A stretch of DNA of 64,000 bases. Origin: Flavobacterium sp. BFFFF2. Its GTDB lineage: Bacteria > Bacteroidota > Bacteroidia > Flavobacteriales > Flavobacteriaceae. Position numbers and translations under genes: made by a program. Every line of letters begins with the position of its first letter. The stretch's first letter is position 1. A model generated the notes under the pieces. The model was not told the DNA's origin. It did not search any database and was given only the letters and a program-made list of their open reading frames with translations. Location: positions 5,021-69,020 of the forward strand of contig NKJD01000013.1 in NCBI GenBank assembly GCA_002256385.1. Reading direction: 5' to 3'. Shown in pieces: positions 30,566 to 40,947 of the stretch.

Positions 30566-31735
30566 TTACCTAGGCACTTCCAACAGCAACCGTTCCAGTT
30601 CGCTCGAGTCAAAATGCATGTCTTTTAAAGCGGAAATACCCTCATTCAACGTTTCTTTTGCCTGGTCAAATTGTTTTAATTTGAGGTATAATTTGCCCAA
30701 ATTCCGGTAATTTTCTTTGTTGGGTTGTGTGGTTTTCAATTGAATGGCCCAGCTTTCAGCTTGTTTTAATGCTTGTTCATCTGAGACATGTTCCAGATAA
30801 TTTGCCACGATGCGCTTCAATAACTGGGGGTTCTTCAAGGCCCATTTTACGGTGTTTTCTTGCGTGATGGTTTTGTATTTTTTCCAATTACTCACCTTTT
30901 CATATAATTGACAATCCATTTCAAAAGCAAGTGAGTCGGCTTTGGCATAATTCATTGCCTTTACTTGCGCACGAACTGCCGAATAGCGCAAGGTGTCACC
31001 TTGTTCGGTGAGTGGAAACAGTGCTTCTTGCACCACGTTGACCAATTTTCTTTCAACCCGTTTGGGCGAAGCAATTTTAGCAAAAGCGGCTTGGTTCTTT
31101 AACACAAATTGAATTTCACGCGATGAAATAGCCATGATGCCATTGGCAATAATTTTCCAATGAATCTCTGAAAGTAATTCATTATCTGAAACTTGGGCTA
31201 AATATTGTTGGGCAGGTTTGCCATAATTAAACCGAATTTTACGCAAAGCCATCACATAGTCTAAACAGTACTGTGCTTGCTTTGGGTTTTGCTCAAAACG
31301 TTTTTTTAAAGTAGGAAATTGAGCCTCTGGAATCAAAGCTTGTTGGCATTCTTTCTGAAAATCAGCCGAGTTGAATTCGCCCATAAAACCATATATGAGC
31401 TCGTTTTGCTCATTAAAAAACAAAAAAGTAGGATACTGATTCACCATAAATTGTTTGGCCAAGGAAGCGCCTTCTTTTTCAGCATTGATGGCCACAGTGG
31501 CAAAACGGGTTTTGAGCAAAGTGTTGATTTCAGGACTAGGCAACACCTCTTGTTTCATTTTTTTGCAATGCTCGCACCAATCGGCATACAGCATCACCAT
31601 CAAGGGTTTGTGTTGTAATGAAGCCGCTTGTTTGGCTTCGTTTAATGTGGCAAATTCAAGTGTTTTTTGTCCAAATAAACCATTGGCAAAAAACAGGTTA
31701 CAAAGAATAACGATTAAATAGATTTGATGCTTCAT
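30566..31735 (-). CDS. thioredoxin family protein (WCEHC) with helical/TPR-like C-terminus
   Basis: 'KPLMVMLYADWCEHCKKM', 'YPTFLFF', signal peptide and TPR-like tail 'LGKLYLKLKQFDQAKETL'. Confidence 0.85.
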   Translation of the reverse strand: MKHQIYLIVILCNLFFANGLFGQKTLEFATLNEAKQAASLQHKPLMVMLYADWCEHCKKMKQEVLPSPEINTLLKTRFATVAINAEKEGASLAKQFMVNQYPTFLFFNEQNELIYGFMGEFNSADFQKECQQALIPEAQFPTLKKRFEQNPKQAQYCLDYVMALRKIRFNYGKPAQQYLAQVSDNELLSEIHWKIIANGIMAISSREIQFVLKNQAAFAKIASPKRVERKLVNVVQEALFPLTEQGDTLRYSAVRAQVKAMNYAKADSLAFEMDCQLYEKVSNWKKYKTITQENTVKWALKNPQLLKRIVANYLEHVSDEQALKQAESWAIQLKTTQPNKENYRNLGKLYLKLKQFDQAKETLNEGISALKDMHFDSSELERLLLEVPR

Positions 31736-31785
31736 GTGCTAAAATTAATTGAAATAGCCTTCGGGAAGTTTAATTTTAACAGATT

Positions 31786-32502
31786 TTATACAATCTGGTT
31801 TTTTAAAACAGCTTGATGCACCGCCACCAAAGCCGCCGTTTCGGTGCGTAATCGTTGATTACCGAGGCTCACTGCTTGGTAATTGGCAGCCACAGCCCGT
31901 TTGATTTCAGCCTCCGAAAAATCGCCTTCGGGCCCTATTAAAATCGTGTAAGAATCACTTAGTGGTAGGGCATCCCACAAGCTGCTTTTTTCGCCTGTTT
32001 GGCAATGGGCAATAAAATGGTTTCCTGTATCATTTTTGGTCACCTTCAAAAATGTGTCAAACGACACGGGTTCGTTGAGCTTCGGCGCAAAAGCCCGAAC
32101 CGATTGCTTCACAGCCGCATGAATGATTTTTTCCATCCGATCAATCTTGATGATTTTGCGCTCAGAATGGTCGCAAATGATGGGCGTAATTTCATGGATG
32201 CCTATTTCGGTGGCCTTTTCTAAAAACCATTCAAAGCGTTCGTTCATTTTGGTGGGCGCAACGGCCAAATGGATGTGGTAGGGGTCTTTTGGTACGAGTT
32301 CCACTTCGACAATGTTTACCTGGCAATTTTTGTCGGTAGCTAAACCAATTTCCGCTTTAAATAAACCGCCGCTTCCGTTGGTAATATAGATGAGATCGCC
32401 CGTTTTTTTGCGCAATACCCGCACCATGTGTTTGCTTTCTTCGGCGTCAAAATAGGCGACTGAATCGTTGGGTTGTAAAGAGGGGAGGTAAAATACTTGC
32501 AT
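31786..32502 (-). CDS. rsmE: 16S rRNA m3U1498 methyltransferase RsmE
   Basis: 'HMVRVLRK', 'KATEIG', 'ILIGPEGDFS', 'LGNQRLRTETA'. Start reassigned to ATG 32502, 1 nt after the tsaD stop. Confidence 0.95.
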   Translation of the reverse strand: MQVFYLPSLQPNDSVAYFDAEESKHMVRVLRKKTGDLIYITNGSGGLFKAEIGLATDKNCQVNIVEVELVPKDPYHIHLAVAPTKMNERFEWFLEKATEIGIHEITPIICDHSERKIIKIDRMEKIIHAAVKQSVRAFAPKLNEPVSFDTFLKVTKNDTGNHFIAHCQTGEKSSLWDALPLSDSYTILIGPEGDFSEAEIKRAVAANYQAVSLGNQRLRTETAALVAVHQAVLKNQIV

Positions 32503-32503
32503 A

Positions 32504-33535
32504 TTACAACGAAATTCTGGCTTGTGATAAAGTGGAAGTGTCCCCATTTTTACCCGCGTCAAGTTGTAAATAGCCCACAATGCCAATCATGGCGGCATTG
32601 TCGGTGGTGTATTCAAATTTAGGTACAAAAGTGGTATAGCCCTTGGTCGCTTCTGCGTCTTTTAGGGCTTTGCGAATGCCCGAATTGGCCGATACCCCGC
32701 CGCCAATCGCGATTTGTTTAATGCCTGTTTGAGCCACGGCCTTTCCAAGCTTATCAAGTAAAATTTTAATAATGATATGCTGGACCGAGGCACAGATATC
32801 TGCTTTGTTTTCTTCAATAAAATGGGGGTTCTTGGCCACCTCTTTTTGAATGAAATATAAAATTTGGGTTTTTAATCCTGAAAAACTAAAATGCAAACCG
32901 GGCACTTGTGGTTTGGTAAATGGAAATGCTTTAGGATTTCCCTCTGCGGCAAACTGGTCAATTAATGGGCCACCAGGATAGGGGAATCCAAGAATTTTGG
33001 CCGTTTTGTCAAAGGCTTCTCCCACTGCGTCGTCGGTGGTTTCGCCCAATACGTCAAATTCAAAGGGACTATTTACCTGCACAATTTGGGTGTGACCACC
33101 TGAAATGGTGAGGGCTAAAAATGGAAAGGTTGGGCAGTCATAACCTGGTTCATCAATAAAATGCGCCAATATATGTGCTTGCATATGATGCACTGGAACC
33201 AATGGAATGTTGAGAGATTGCGCCATTGACTTGGCAAAGGAGCCGCCCACCAGCAAGGAACCCATTAATCCGGGGCCTTGGGTATATGCAATGGCGTGTA
33301 AATCTGTTGCAGAAATCCCCGCTTTTTTGAGTGCCACATCAACCACCGGCACAATGTTTTGTTGATGCGCCCTTGATGCCAGTTCTGGAACCACCCCGCC
33401 ATAGGCCTCATGCACATGCTGGCGTGCGACCACATTTGATATCACTTTGCGGTGATTGAGTACTGCGGCTGCCGTATCGTCGCATGAACTTTCAATGGCC
33501 AAAATGTAAAAATTATTGTCAGTAGAAATAGACAT
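32504..33535 (-). CDS. tsaD: tRNA N6-threonylcarbamoyladenosine transferase TsaD
   Basis: 'LAIESSCDDTAAA', 'GGVVPELASRAH', 'HHMQAH', 'SGGHT', 'DDAVGEAFDK', 'TDNAAMI'. TACTTTTG box at 33592-33599 (minus strand). Confidence 0.97.
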   Translation of the reverse strand: MSISTDNNFYILAIESSCDDTAAAVLNHRKVISNVVARQHVHEAYGGVVPELASRAHQQNIVPVVDVALKKAGISATDLHAIAYTQGPGLMGSLLVGGSFAKSMAQSLNIPLVPVHHMQAHILAHFIDEPGYDCPTFPFLALTISGGHTQIVQVNSPFEFDVLGETTDDAVGEAFDKTAKILGFPYPGGPLIDQFAAEGNPKAFPFTKPQVPGLHFSFSGLKTQILYFIQKEVAKNPHFIEENKADICASVQHIIIKILLDKLGKAVAQTGIKQIAIGGGVSANSGIRKALKDAEATKGYTTFVPKFEYTTDNAAMIGIVGYLQLDAGKNGDTSTLSQARISL

Positions 33536-33649
33536 GAATTTTAATTAATTTAACAAAAATTGCCTCTTTTTTGGTTAATTTTACAACTTGCCAAAAGTAG
33601 CCATTTTTTTGATTGATTTTGGTAGTTAGCCCAGTAAAATCCACAAGTA

Positions 33650-36600
33650 TTGGAAGAAAATCCACCTCTTAAAAAGTCCAGAAATTGGACAAAATATCTA
33701 TGGAGAAGCCTCCTGGCTTTGCTTTTTTTATTGGTGTTATTCGTGTTTTTGTTGACTGTTCCTGCCGTGCAAACCCGTTTGGGTAGGTATGTGACCGATG
33801 AATTTAACAATGCTTTTAAAACGCACCTGACCATTGATCAGGTGGCCATTTCTGTATTTGGCACCGTTAAGTTAAAGGAGGTTTTTATCCGTGACCACCA
33901 CCAGGATACTTTAATTTATGCCCACGACATCAGAACCTCCATTTTAGACTGGAAACGATTGATCAAGGGCCAATTGTTTTTTGGTCCCATTCAGGCCAAT
34001 GGCTTGGAATTACACATCAAGCGTTACAAAGGAGAAGAAACCACCAATATTGACCGCTTTGTGCAAGCCATTGATGACGGCAAGCCTGGAAAAGGAAGAT
34101 TCAGAATGTATTCGAAAAAAGTCACGGTAACCGATGGCCGATTTAGGATGCTTGATGACAACCGCAAAGTGCCCAAAGATGTCGATTTTACCAAACTGAA
34201 CATCCAATTAGACGATTTTAAAATAAAAGGTCCCCGCATTTTTGCTCAAATAGATGAAATGGCATTTCACGACCACCGTGGGGTGGATGTGGAGCGCCTT
34301 AGGGGCTATTTTGTATATACCAAGCAGTCAATGACGTTATCCGACATGACTTTGAAAACCACCAAATCATTTGTAAAAGGGAAAGCAAAGTTGACCTATC
34401 AACCAGGTGATTTTGCCGATTTTAACAACCGGGTCAAGTTTGATGTGCAGGTAGATTTTGGTTCGGTAGCCAGCCATGACATTCATTGTTTTTTTAAAGG
34501 AATTGGAAAAAATTTACGGTTTTTGTTCCGGTCTAGAATAGAGGGAACACTGAACAACCTCTACTGTATTGACCTAAGCTTGAAAGACACCCACCAAACC
34601 AAAGTGGTCGGCGATGTAAATTTCAGAAACTTGTTTAACAACAGCCCAGGTGAATTTTACATGAATGGCAAATTTCAGCAAGTGACGGCCACGTACTCAG
34701 ACTTGATTGCCATTTTACCCCAAATTCTAAAGAATAAACTGCCTTCATCTATTGCCAAACTGGGCCGGTTTTCGTTGGTAGGCCGCACCAAACTTACCAA
34801 ATATTATATAGATACCGATTTCTATCTGAGCACGTTATTAGGGAATCTGGAGGCGCAATTAAACATTACCAGCCTCAATCATATTGACAAAGCAGCTTAT
34901 CAGGGCAATTTAAATTTTGACCATTTCCAAGTAGGTCAATTTGCCAATTTAGACAATGTCGGGGCGCTCAGTGCCGATTTGCACGTGAAGGGTAAAGGCT
35001 TTAAGCAAGCCTTTTTAGATACTGATTTTGATGGAACTATTTCATTGTTAGAATACAATGGTTATGCTTATTCGCAATTAAAAGTGGATGGCGGTTGCCA
35101 ACAATCGGTATTTTCAGGCAAAGTAAACAGCAACGACCCAAACCTCCGAATGGATTTTGACGGTTCGGTCGATTTTAATAAACAGGTAAAAAAATTCGAC
35201 TTCGAGGCCCAAGTGGATTATGCCAATTTAAAGAAGTTGCATTTTATCAAAGATTCCATTGGGGTGTTTCGGGGCAATTTGCGTTGCTTGGTTGACGGCA
35301 CCAAATTAGATGACATTATTGGCAATTTGGACCTGAAAGATGCCAGTTACCAAAACAGAAAAGATTTGTACTTTTTTGACCAACTCCATTTGAATGCTTC
35401 TTTTGATGAACAAGGCGAACGCACCATTCTCATTCAGTCGCCCGATATTGTAAAAGGCAAAGTGGTGGGTAAATTCCGATTTGCCGACTTGCGCAAACTC
35501 GCCGAAAACTGCATGGGTAGTTTGTACACCAATTACAAGCCGAACCCGGTTCAAAACGGGCAATATGTAAATTTTGACATTCAATTGTTTAGCAAGTTTG
35601 TCGAGATTTTTTACCCCGACATTACCATTGCTCCGCAAACCGTTGTTCGGGGAAAACTCAGTTCTGAAACCAAAAATTTCCGACTCAATGTGAGTTCACC
35701 TTATATCACGGCCTTTCAAACGACCATGGATAAGGTCCAACTTGAAATTGACAACAAAAACCCGATGTACGCGGCTTATATTCAAATGGATAGCATCAAG
35801 ACAAAGTACTATAAAATCCGTGACTTCAGCCTCATCAATACTAGTAAAAAAGACACCTTGTTGTTCCGAACCGAATTTAGGGGCGGGCTCAAGGGACAGG
35901 ATTTTTACAACATCAATTTATATCACACCATTGATGCCAATAAAAACAATGTGGTCGGATTTCAAAAATCGGAGCTTCAATTTAAAGACCACCTCTGGTA
36001 TTTGAATGAGCAAAATGATGAAAAGAACCGAGTGGTCTTTGACAAAAAATTAAAAGACTTTAATTTCGATGCGGTGACTTTGTCGCATGATGACCAGAAA
36101 ATTTCACTTTTTGGTTTCTTGTCGGGCAATGACGAAAAAGACATGGAATTGTTGTTTGACCAAGTTGATTTGAGTAAAATTACCCCCGACGTCAAGCAGT
36201 TTACCTTTGAAGGGGTGGTTGATGGTTTTGTAAAAGTGAAACAAAAGGCAGGTCAATACCAACCGACCGCCTTGCTGGCCATTGATCGGCTGAAAGTAAA
36301 TGCCATTGATTTGGGTCGATTAAGTTTAGATATTAAAGGTGACGACAATTTCCGAAATTTCAACATTGACGCCAACTTGCACAATCAAAATATTGATTCT
36401 TTTACAGCCGATGGTACCTTTAATTTAATTGGCCAACAATCGATCCTTGATTTGGACGTGTATTTTAACAGGTTCAATTTGGGTATTCTCAACAAATTGG
36501 GTGGCGATGTCATCCATAATATTCGAGGATTTGCCACTGGAACCGCCAAAATTGATGGCGACCTGAATCAGTTGGATTACAATGGAAGGTTGACTGTATC

Positions 36601-38176
36601 AGAAGCGGGCTTGCAAATTCCCTATTTGAACACCGATTACCGTTTTGAAGACGAAACGATAGTCGACATTAGTAAAAACCGTTTCTTGGTACGTGACACC
36701 CCCATTTATGATACCAAATTCAATACTATGGGCAATCTGAGTGGTTCGGTTACCCACAAGGATTTTTCGGATTGGGCCTTAAATTTAGGCATCAATTCGC
36801 CCCGTTTACTGATGTTGAACACCACATTTCATGAAGGCGCAGCTTATTTTGGCAAGGCGTTTATTAAAGGAGATGCTAGTATTTCTGGCCCAGTGAGCGG
36901 GTTGTTGATTAAAATGAAGGCCACTTCCGAAAAAGGGACTGATATTAAAATTCCGATCGTTGATGCGCAAGCTACTGGCGACAATGGCTACATTCATTTT
37001 AAAACACCCGCCGAAAAGAAGAAAGAGAAAGAAAAATCGCGGCTCATCGAGCGCAATTACAATGGTCTTGAGTTGGATTTTGATTTTGACATCTTGGAAA
37101 ATGCCGATATTGAGGTGATCCTCAATCAAGAAACAAAGCACGGCATGAAAGGGAATGGGCGTGGTACTTTACAATTTAAAATCAATACGTTGGGTAAATT
37201 TGAAATGACCGGCGATTACCAGGTTTATAAAGGGGTATACAATTTCAGTTATGGCAATTTGATCAACAAACGCTTTGATGTGAAAAAATTTGGCTCCATC
37301 GTATGGGAAGGCGATCCGATGAAAGCGACCTTAAATTTGGAAGCAATTTATAAAACCCAAGCGAATCCGGCAGTCCTCATAGACAATGCTTCCTTTAACC
37401 GCAAAGTAAATGTAGAGGTGGTGATTGGCGTGCGGGGCACCTTGAGCAATCCGGAACCCGATTTCGCCATTAATTTTCCCAACGTGAGTTCAGTTTTGCG
37501 TTCCGAGATTCAAACACGGCTCGATGACAAGGATATGCGTCAAACGCAAGCCATTTCCCTGCTGTCAACAGGTAGTTTCTTAAGTCCCGAGGGGATCGAT
37601 CAAACGCAATTTGTAAATAATCTGTATGAACGAGCGGGGAACCTATTGAAAGATTTATTTCAAGATCAGAATGGCAAAATGCAGCTTGGATTCGACTACA
37701 GTCAGGCAGAGAAGTCAATAAATAACGTGCAAAATGCAGGGCGTTTTGGTGTTACGGTCACTTCGCAAATCAATGAGCGGGTTACGATCAATGGCAAAGT
37801 CGGGGTGCCTGTAGGCGGCATCAACGAATCGGCCATTGTAGGTAATGTAGAATTGTTGTATCGGGTAAATGAAGATGGCACGCTGAATTTGCGCGTCTTT
37901 AATCGGGAAAATGACATTAATTACATTGGCCAAGGCATCGGCTACACCCAGGGGGTGGGGCTTACGTATGAAGTGGATTTTAATACCTTTAAAGAATTGG
38001 TAAACCGAATCTTCAAAAAAGCACGTCTCGATACCGAACAAAAACCTGTGGTGCCCATCGATGACAATTCTTATCTTCCAGAAAATGTGCAAATGAAAGA
38101 GAAAGGCGAAAAAGATCCACCCAAAAAAGAAAAACAACCAGAAGTGCCTCCAGCAGAAGCGCTTATTGAAGAGTAG
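33650..38176 (+). CDS. tamB: translocation/assembly module TamB domain protein
   Basis: 1508 aa with an N-terminal TM anchor and long beta-taco repeats. C-terminal DUF490-like 'G.Y...KG.YNF...FDVKKFGSI.WEGDP..ATLNLEAIY' and 'GVGL.YEVDFNTF'. Confidence 0.88.
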   Translation: MEENPPLKKSRNWTKYLWRSLLALLFLLVLFVFLLTVPAVQTRLGRYVTDEFNNAFKTHLTIDQVAISVFGTVKLKEVFIRDHHQDTLIYAHDIRTSILDWKRLIKGQLFFGPIQANGLELHIKRYKGEETTNIDRFVQAIDDGKPGKGRFRMYSKKVTVTDGRFRMLDDNRKVPKDVDFTKLNIQLDDFKIKGPRIFAQIDEMAFHDHRGVDVERLRGYFVYTKQSMTLSDMTLKTTKSFVKGKAKLTYQPGDFADFNNRVKFDVQVDFGSVASHDIHCFFKGIGKNLRFLFRSRIEGTLNNLYCIDLSLKDTHQTKVVGDVNFRNLFNNSPGEFYMNGKFQQVTATYSDLIAILPQILKNKLPSSIAKLGRFSLVGRTKLTKYYIDTDFYLSTLLGNLEAQLNITSLNHIDKAAYQGNLNFDHFQVGQFANLDNVGALSADLHVKGKGFKQAFLDTDFDGTISLLEYNGYAYSQLKVDGGCQQSVFSGKVNSNDPNLRMDFDGSVDFNKQVKKFDFEAQVDYANLKKLHFIKDSIGVFRGNLRCLVDGTKLDDIIGNLDLKDASYQNRKDLYFFDQLHLNASFDEQGERTILIQSPDIVKGKVVGKFRFADLRKLAENCMGSLYTNYKPNPVQNGQYVNFDIQLFSKFVEIFYPDITIAPQTVVRGKLSSETKNFRLNVSSPYITAFQTTMDKVQLEIDNKNPMYAAYIQMDSIKTKYYKIRDFSLINTSKKDTLLFRTEFRGGLKGQDFYNINLYHTIDANKNNVVGFQKSELQFKDHLWYLNEQNDEKNRVVFDKKLKDFNFDAVTLSHDDQKISLFGFLSGNDEKDMELLFDQVDLSKITPDVKQFTFEGVVDGFVKVKQKAGQYQPTALLAIDRLKVNAIDLGRLSLDIKGDDNFRNFNIDANLHNQNIDSFTADGTFNLIGQQSILDLDVYFNRFNLGILNKLGGDVIHNIRGFATGTAKIDGDLNQLDYNGRLTVSEAGLQIPYLNTDYRFEDETIVDISKNRFLVRDTPIYDTKFNTMGNLSGSVTHKDFSDWALNLGINSPRLLMLNTTFHEGAAYFGKAFIKGDASISGPVSGLLIKMKATSEKGTDIKIPIVDAQATGDNGYIHFKTPAEKKKEKEKSRLIERNYNGLELDFDFDILENADIEVILNQETKHGMKGNGRGTLQFKINTLGKFEMTGDYQVYKGVYNFSYGNLINKRFDVKKFGSIVWEGDPMKATLNLEAIYKTQANPAVLIDNASFNRKVNVEVVIGVRGTLSNPEPDFAINFPNVSSVLRSEIQTRLDDKDMRQTQAISLLSTGSFLSPEGIDQTQFVNNLYERAGNLLKDLFQDQNGKMQLGFDYSQAEKSINNVQNAGRFGVTVTSQINERVTINGKVGVPVGGINESAIVGNVELLYRVNEDGTLNLRVFNRENDINYIGQGIGYTQGVGLTYEVDFNTFKELVNRIFKKARLDTEQKPVVPIDDNSYLPENVQMKEKGEKDPPKKEKQPEVPPAEALIEE

Positions 38177-38196
38177 TTCGCTTTAATTTAACAGTA

Positions 38197-39024
38197 TTAC
38201 TGCGTTTTTAAGGTGTTGATCAATTTTTCAAAAAAGCCTGCATCTTGTTGGCTGTGCCCCAGTCCAGTGGTGGTGATGGTTTTTGCCTGTGCTGCCTTTT
38301 CTTTTAATTTTTCGAATTGACTATATAACACCACGGCATCATCTTGGTCGTGGCAAATAACTAGTGGCGTATTTATTTTTTCAAGCCAAGCAGTTGGATT
38401 AAAGGTGGCGACATCCAATCCAAATCGTTGGTTCCATTGTGCATGAATGTGCTTAATGTACTCCGAACCAAGTCCAGTAACGGTGATGTATTGTTGGAGG
38501 ATGTCATCCATCGAAAATGGCGATCCCAAACAAACTACTTTCTTGAATTCGTGCTGGTGTTGTGTTAAAAAATACAAGGCAGTAAATGCCCCCATTGAAT
38601 GCCCAATTAAATACTCAGGTTTAAATTGGCGGCACAACGGTTCAATGGCATCGGCATAATCGGGCACCGAGAACAAAGCGCCATTGCTTAAGCCATGGGC
38701 TGGGGCGTCTAAGGCAACCACCGAAAATCCAGCTTGCAATAACTGTCGAATAAGCGTTTCCCACCGAGAAGCGTTGCTTTCCCAACCATGTGCCAATAAC
38801 ACAACCGGGCCTTCGTTTTGCCAGTAATAAGACTGAATGCTGAATTTGTTCGACGAATACCTAAAGCCTTGCGCTTCTTCTAAAACAGCAGGTAATCGCG
38901 TGGACATCAATCGGCCTTTAAAAGGGTGAGCAAATCCGTAATAAGCCCAGCGCTGAGCCCGTTTTGCCGATAGCTTACTGATTAATTTTACCGATGATCC
39001 AAAAAAGAGGGGGAGCAAACTCAT
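38197..39024 (-). CDS. alpha/beta hydrolase
   Basis: 'VLLAHGWESNASRW', 'DAPAHG', GHSMG nucleophile, 'HDQDDAVV', 'GLGHS'. Confidence 0.88.
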   Translation of the reverse strand: MSLLPLFFGSSVKLISKLSAKRAQRWAYYGFAHPFKGRLMSTRLPAVLEEAQGFRYSSNKFSIQSYYWQNEGPVVLLAHGWESNASRWETLIRQLLQAGFSVVALDAPAHGLSNGALFSVPDYADAIEPLCRQFKPEYLIGHSMGAFTALYFLTQHQHEFKKVVCLGSPFSMDDILQQYITVTGLGSEYIKHIHAQWNQRFGLDVATFNPTAWLEKINTPLVICHDQDDAVVLYSQFEKLKEKAAQAKTITTTGLGHSQQDAGFFEKLINTLKTQ

Positions 39025-39025
39025 T

Positions 39026-39052
39026 GAAAAAAAAACCTCCCCGAAGGGAGGT
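39026..39052 (-). terminator. intrinsic terminator after zinc-ribbon gene
   Basis: Minus strand ACCTCCC-TTCG-GGGAGGT followed by a T run. Confidence 0.85.
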
Positions 39053-39064
39053 GAAGTATTTTAA

Positions 39065-39841
39065 TTAAGAAACAAACAAGTCATTCATTTTTTGGCGCTC
39101 TTCGTCGGCCAACACATTGTCGACCAAAATACGTCCTGAATGCTCATCGGTAATGATTTTTTTACGGGCTGCAATTTCCACTTGTGTTTGCGGCGGAATG
39201 GTGAAAAAGGAACCTGCCGAAGCACCACGTTCAATGGAAACCACTGCTAAGCCGTTGCGCACACTCGTTCTGATGCGGGTGTAGGCAGCCAACAAACGCT
39301 CGTCAATTTTAGCTTGAAATTCATTGGATTTCTCCACCAAAAAAGATTCTTCTTTTTGGGTTTCAGCCATAATATCGTCTAATTCCGCTTTTTTATGTTT
39401 TAAGTGTGTCGATTTTTCGTCTAATTTTTCTTTAGTCGTCGATACCACTTCTTTTTTATGATCAATGGAAGCCTTCAATTCACGGATGTGTTTTTCAGAC
39501 AATTGAATTTCCAATTCTTGAAATTCGATTTCTTTAGCCAACGAATTGAATTCGCGGTTGTTGCGCACATTTTTTTGTTGCTCGCTGTACTTTTTTATAG
39601 CCGCTTGATGCTCGTCAATGGCATTTTTTCTGATTTTAATTTGGTCATCCACCTCGGTCAAATCAGCTTTTAGTTTGTCGATTCGGGTCGATAAACCAGC
39701 TACTTCATCTTCCAAATCATCCACTTCCAACGGAAGTTCACCACGTACATTGCGGATTTCATCAATACGAGAATCGATCAATTGTAAATCGTAAAGTGCT
39801 CGTAATTTGTCTTCTACACTCATTTCTTTAACTGTTGCCAT
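39065..39841 (-). CDS. coiled-coil / C4-type zinc-ribbon domain protein (CT398/HP0958-like)
   Basis: 'LQLIDSRIDEIRNVRGELPLEV', long coiled coil and 'NGLAVVSIERGA...IPPQ...DEHSGRIL'. Conserved neighbour of Nif3. Confidence 0.88.
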   Translation of the reverse strand: MATVKEMSVEDKLRALYDLQLIDSRIDEIRNVRGELPLEVDDLEDEVAGLSTRIDKLKADLTEVDDQIKIRKNAIDEHQAAIKKYSEQQKNVRNNREFNSLAKEIEFQELEIQLSEKHIRELKASIDHKKEVVSTTKEKLDEKSTHLKHKKAELDDIMAETQKEESFLVEKSNEFQAKIDERLLAAYTRIRTSVRNGLAVVSIERGASAGSFFTIPPQTQVEIAARKKIITDEHSGRILVDNVLADEERQKMNDLFVS

Positions 39842-39845
39842 GGCT

Positions 39846-40943
39846 CTAAAAGTAATTTATCGGATTGCTATCCACATTAGATAAAACGATTGCAAAATTA
39901 GTGATTTTTTCCTTTAGAAATTCAGCAATGTAAATTTTTGTATATCGCTCGCTTTCAAAATGCCCAATATCGGCCAAAAGCAGGTTGTTTTCGGCCTCGT
40001 AAAATTGATGGTATTTTAAATCGGCCGTAATAAAAGCATCTGCACCAGCCTTTTGCGCAGCCTGAATGGCAAAGCCACCTGAACCGCCCAAAAAAGCTAC
40101 TTTTTGTATGGTTTTCCCCGTAAACAGACTGTGTCTGATGCCGCCACAAACAAATACTTCCTTTACCTGTTGCAAGAACGCTTTTTCGCTTAGTGGTTGG
40201 GGCAACGTGCCCAACATGCCCAAGCCAACCGTTTGTAAGTCATTTTCAATAGGGGTCAATTCGTAAGCCACCTCTTCATAAGGATGAGCCTGGTGCAACG
40301 CTTTTAACACGGTGCTGGCGAGGTGTTTTTCAACAATGACTTCAATTTTCTGCTCCGCGACTTCGGTATATTGTTCCGCTTCGCCAATTACCGGATTAGA
40401 ACCTGGCTTGCCGCGGAAACTACCCACTCCTTCGGTTCTAAAACTACAGCGGTCATAATTGCCAATTTGACCAGCGCCCGCATTTAGCAAGGCTTCACGT
40501 ATCTGTTCTGCCTGAGCGAGTGGCGCATAAGTGATGAGTTTTTTAAGAAATTGTTTTTTGGGCAACAAAATATGTAAATCTTCCAAACCCAAGGCTTGGC
40601 AAGCAATGTGATTGACCCCCAACGGATGGTTGTCAAATGCGGTATGTATGGCATAAATGGCAATTTGATGTTGTATGGCTTTCATGATGGCCCGTTCCAC
40701 ATACGTATTGCCATTGAGGCGTTTGAGTCCACTAAACCATATCGGGTGAAAGCAAACCACCAAATTACATTTTTGTTCGATGGCTTCGTCAATCACGGAT
40801 TCGATGGCATCGTGGCACACCAAAATGCCGGTCACTTGTTGTTGAACGTTGCCAACAAGGAGCCCCACATTGTCAAAATCTTCGGCATAGCCCAGCGGGG
40901 CTAATGATTCAAACACGGGGATCAGGTCTTGTATGCTTTTCAT
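39846..40943 (-). CDS. Nif3-like dinuclear metal centre hexameric protein
   Basis: 'AEDFDNVGLLVG', 'FHPIWF', 'YAIHTAFD', 'HPYEEVAY', 'GGSGG', 'DIGHFESE'. Start ATG 40943. Confidence 0.93.
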   Translation of the reverse strand: MKSIQDLIPVFESLAPLGYAEDFDNVGLLVGNVQQQVTGILVCHDAIESVIDEAIEQKCNLVVCFHPIWFSGLKRLNGNTYVERAIMKAIQHQIAIYAIHTAFDNHPLGVNHIACQALGLEDLHILLPKKQFLKKLITYAPLAQAEQIREALLNAGAGQIGNYDRCSFRTEGVGSFRGKPGSNPVIGEAEQYTEVAEQKIEVIVEKHLASTVLKALHQAHPYEEVAYELTPIENDLQTVGLGMLGTLPQPLSEKAFLQQVKEVFVCGGIRHSLFTGKTIQKVAFLGGSGGFAIQAAQKAGADAFITADLKYHQFYEAENNLLLADIGHFESERYTKIYIAEFLKEKITNFAIVLSNVDSNPINYF

Positions 40944-40947
40944 AATT

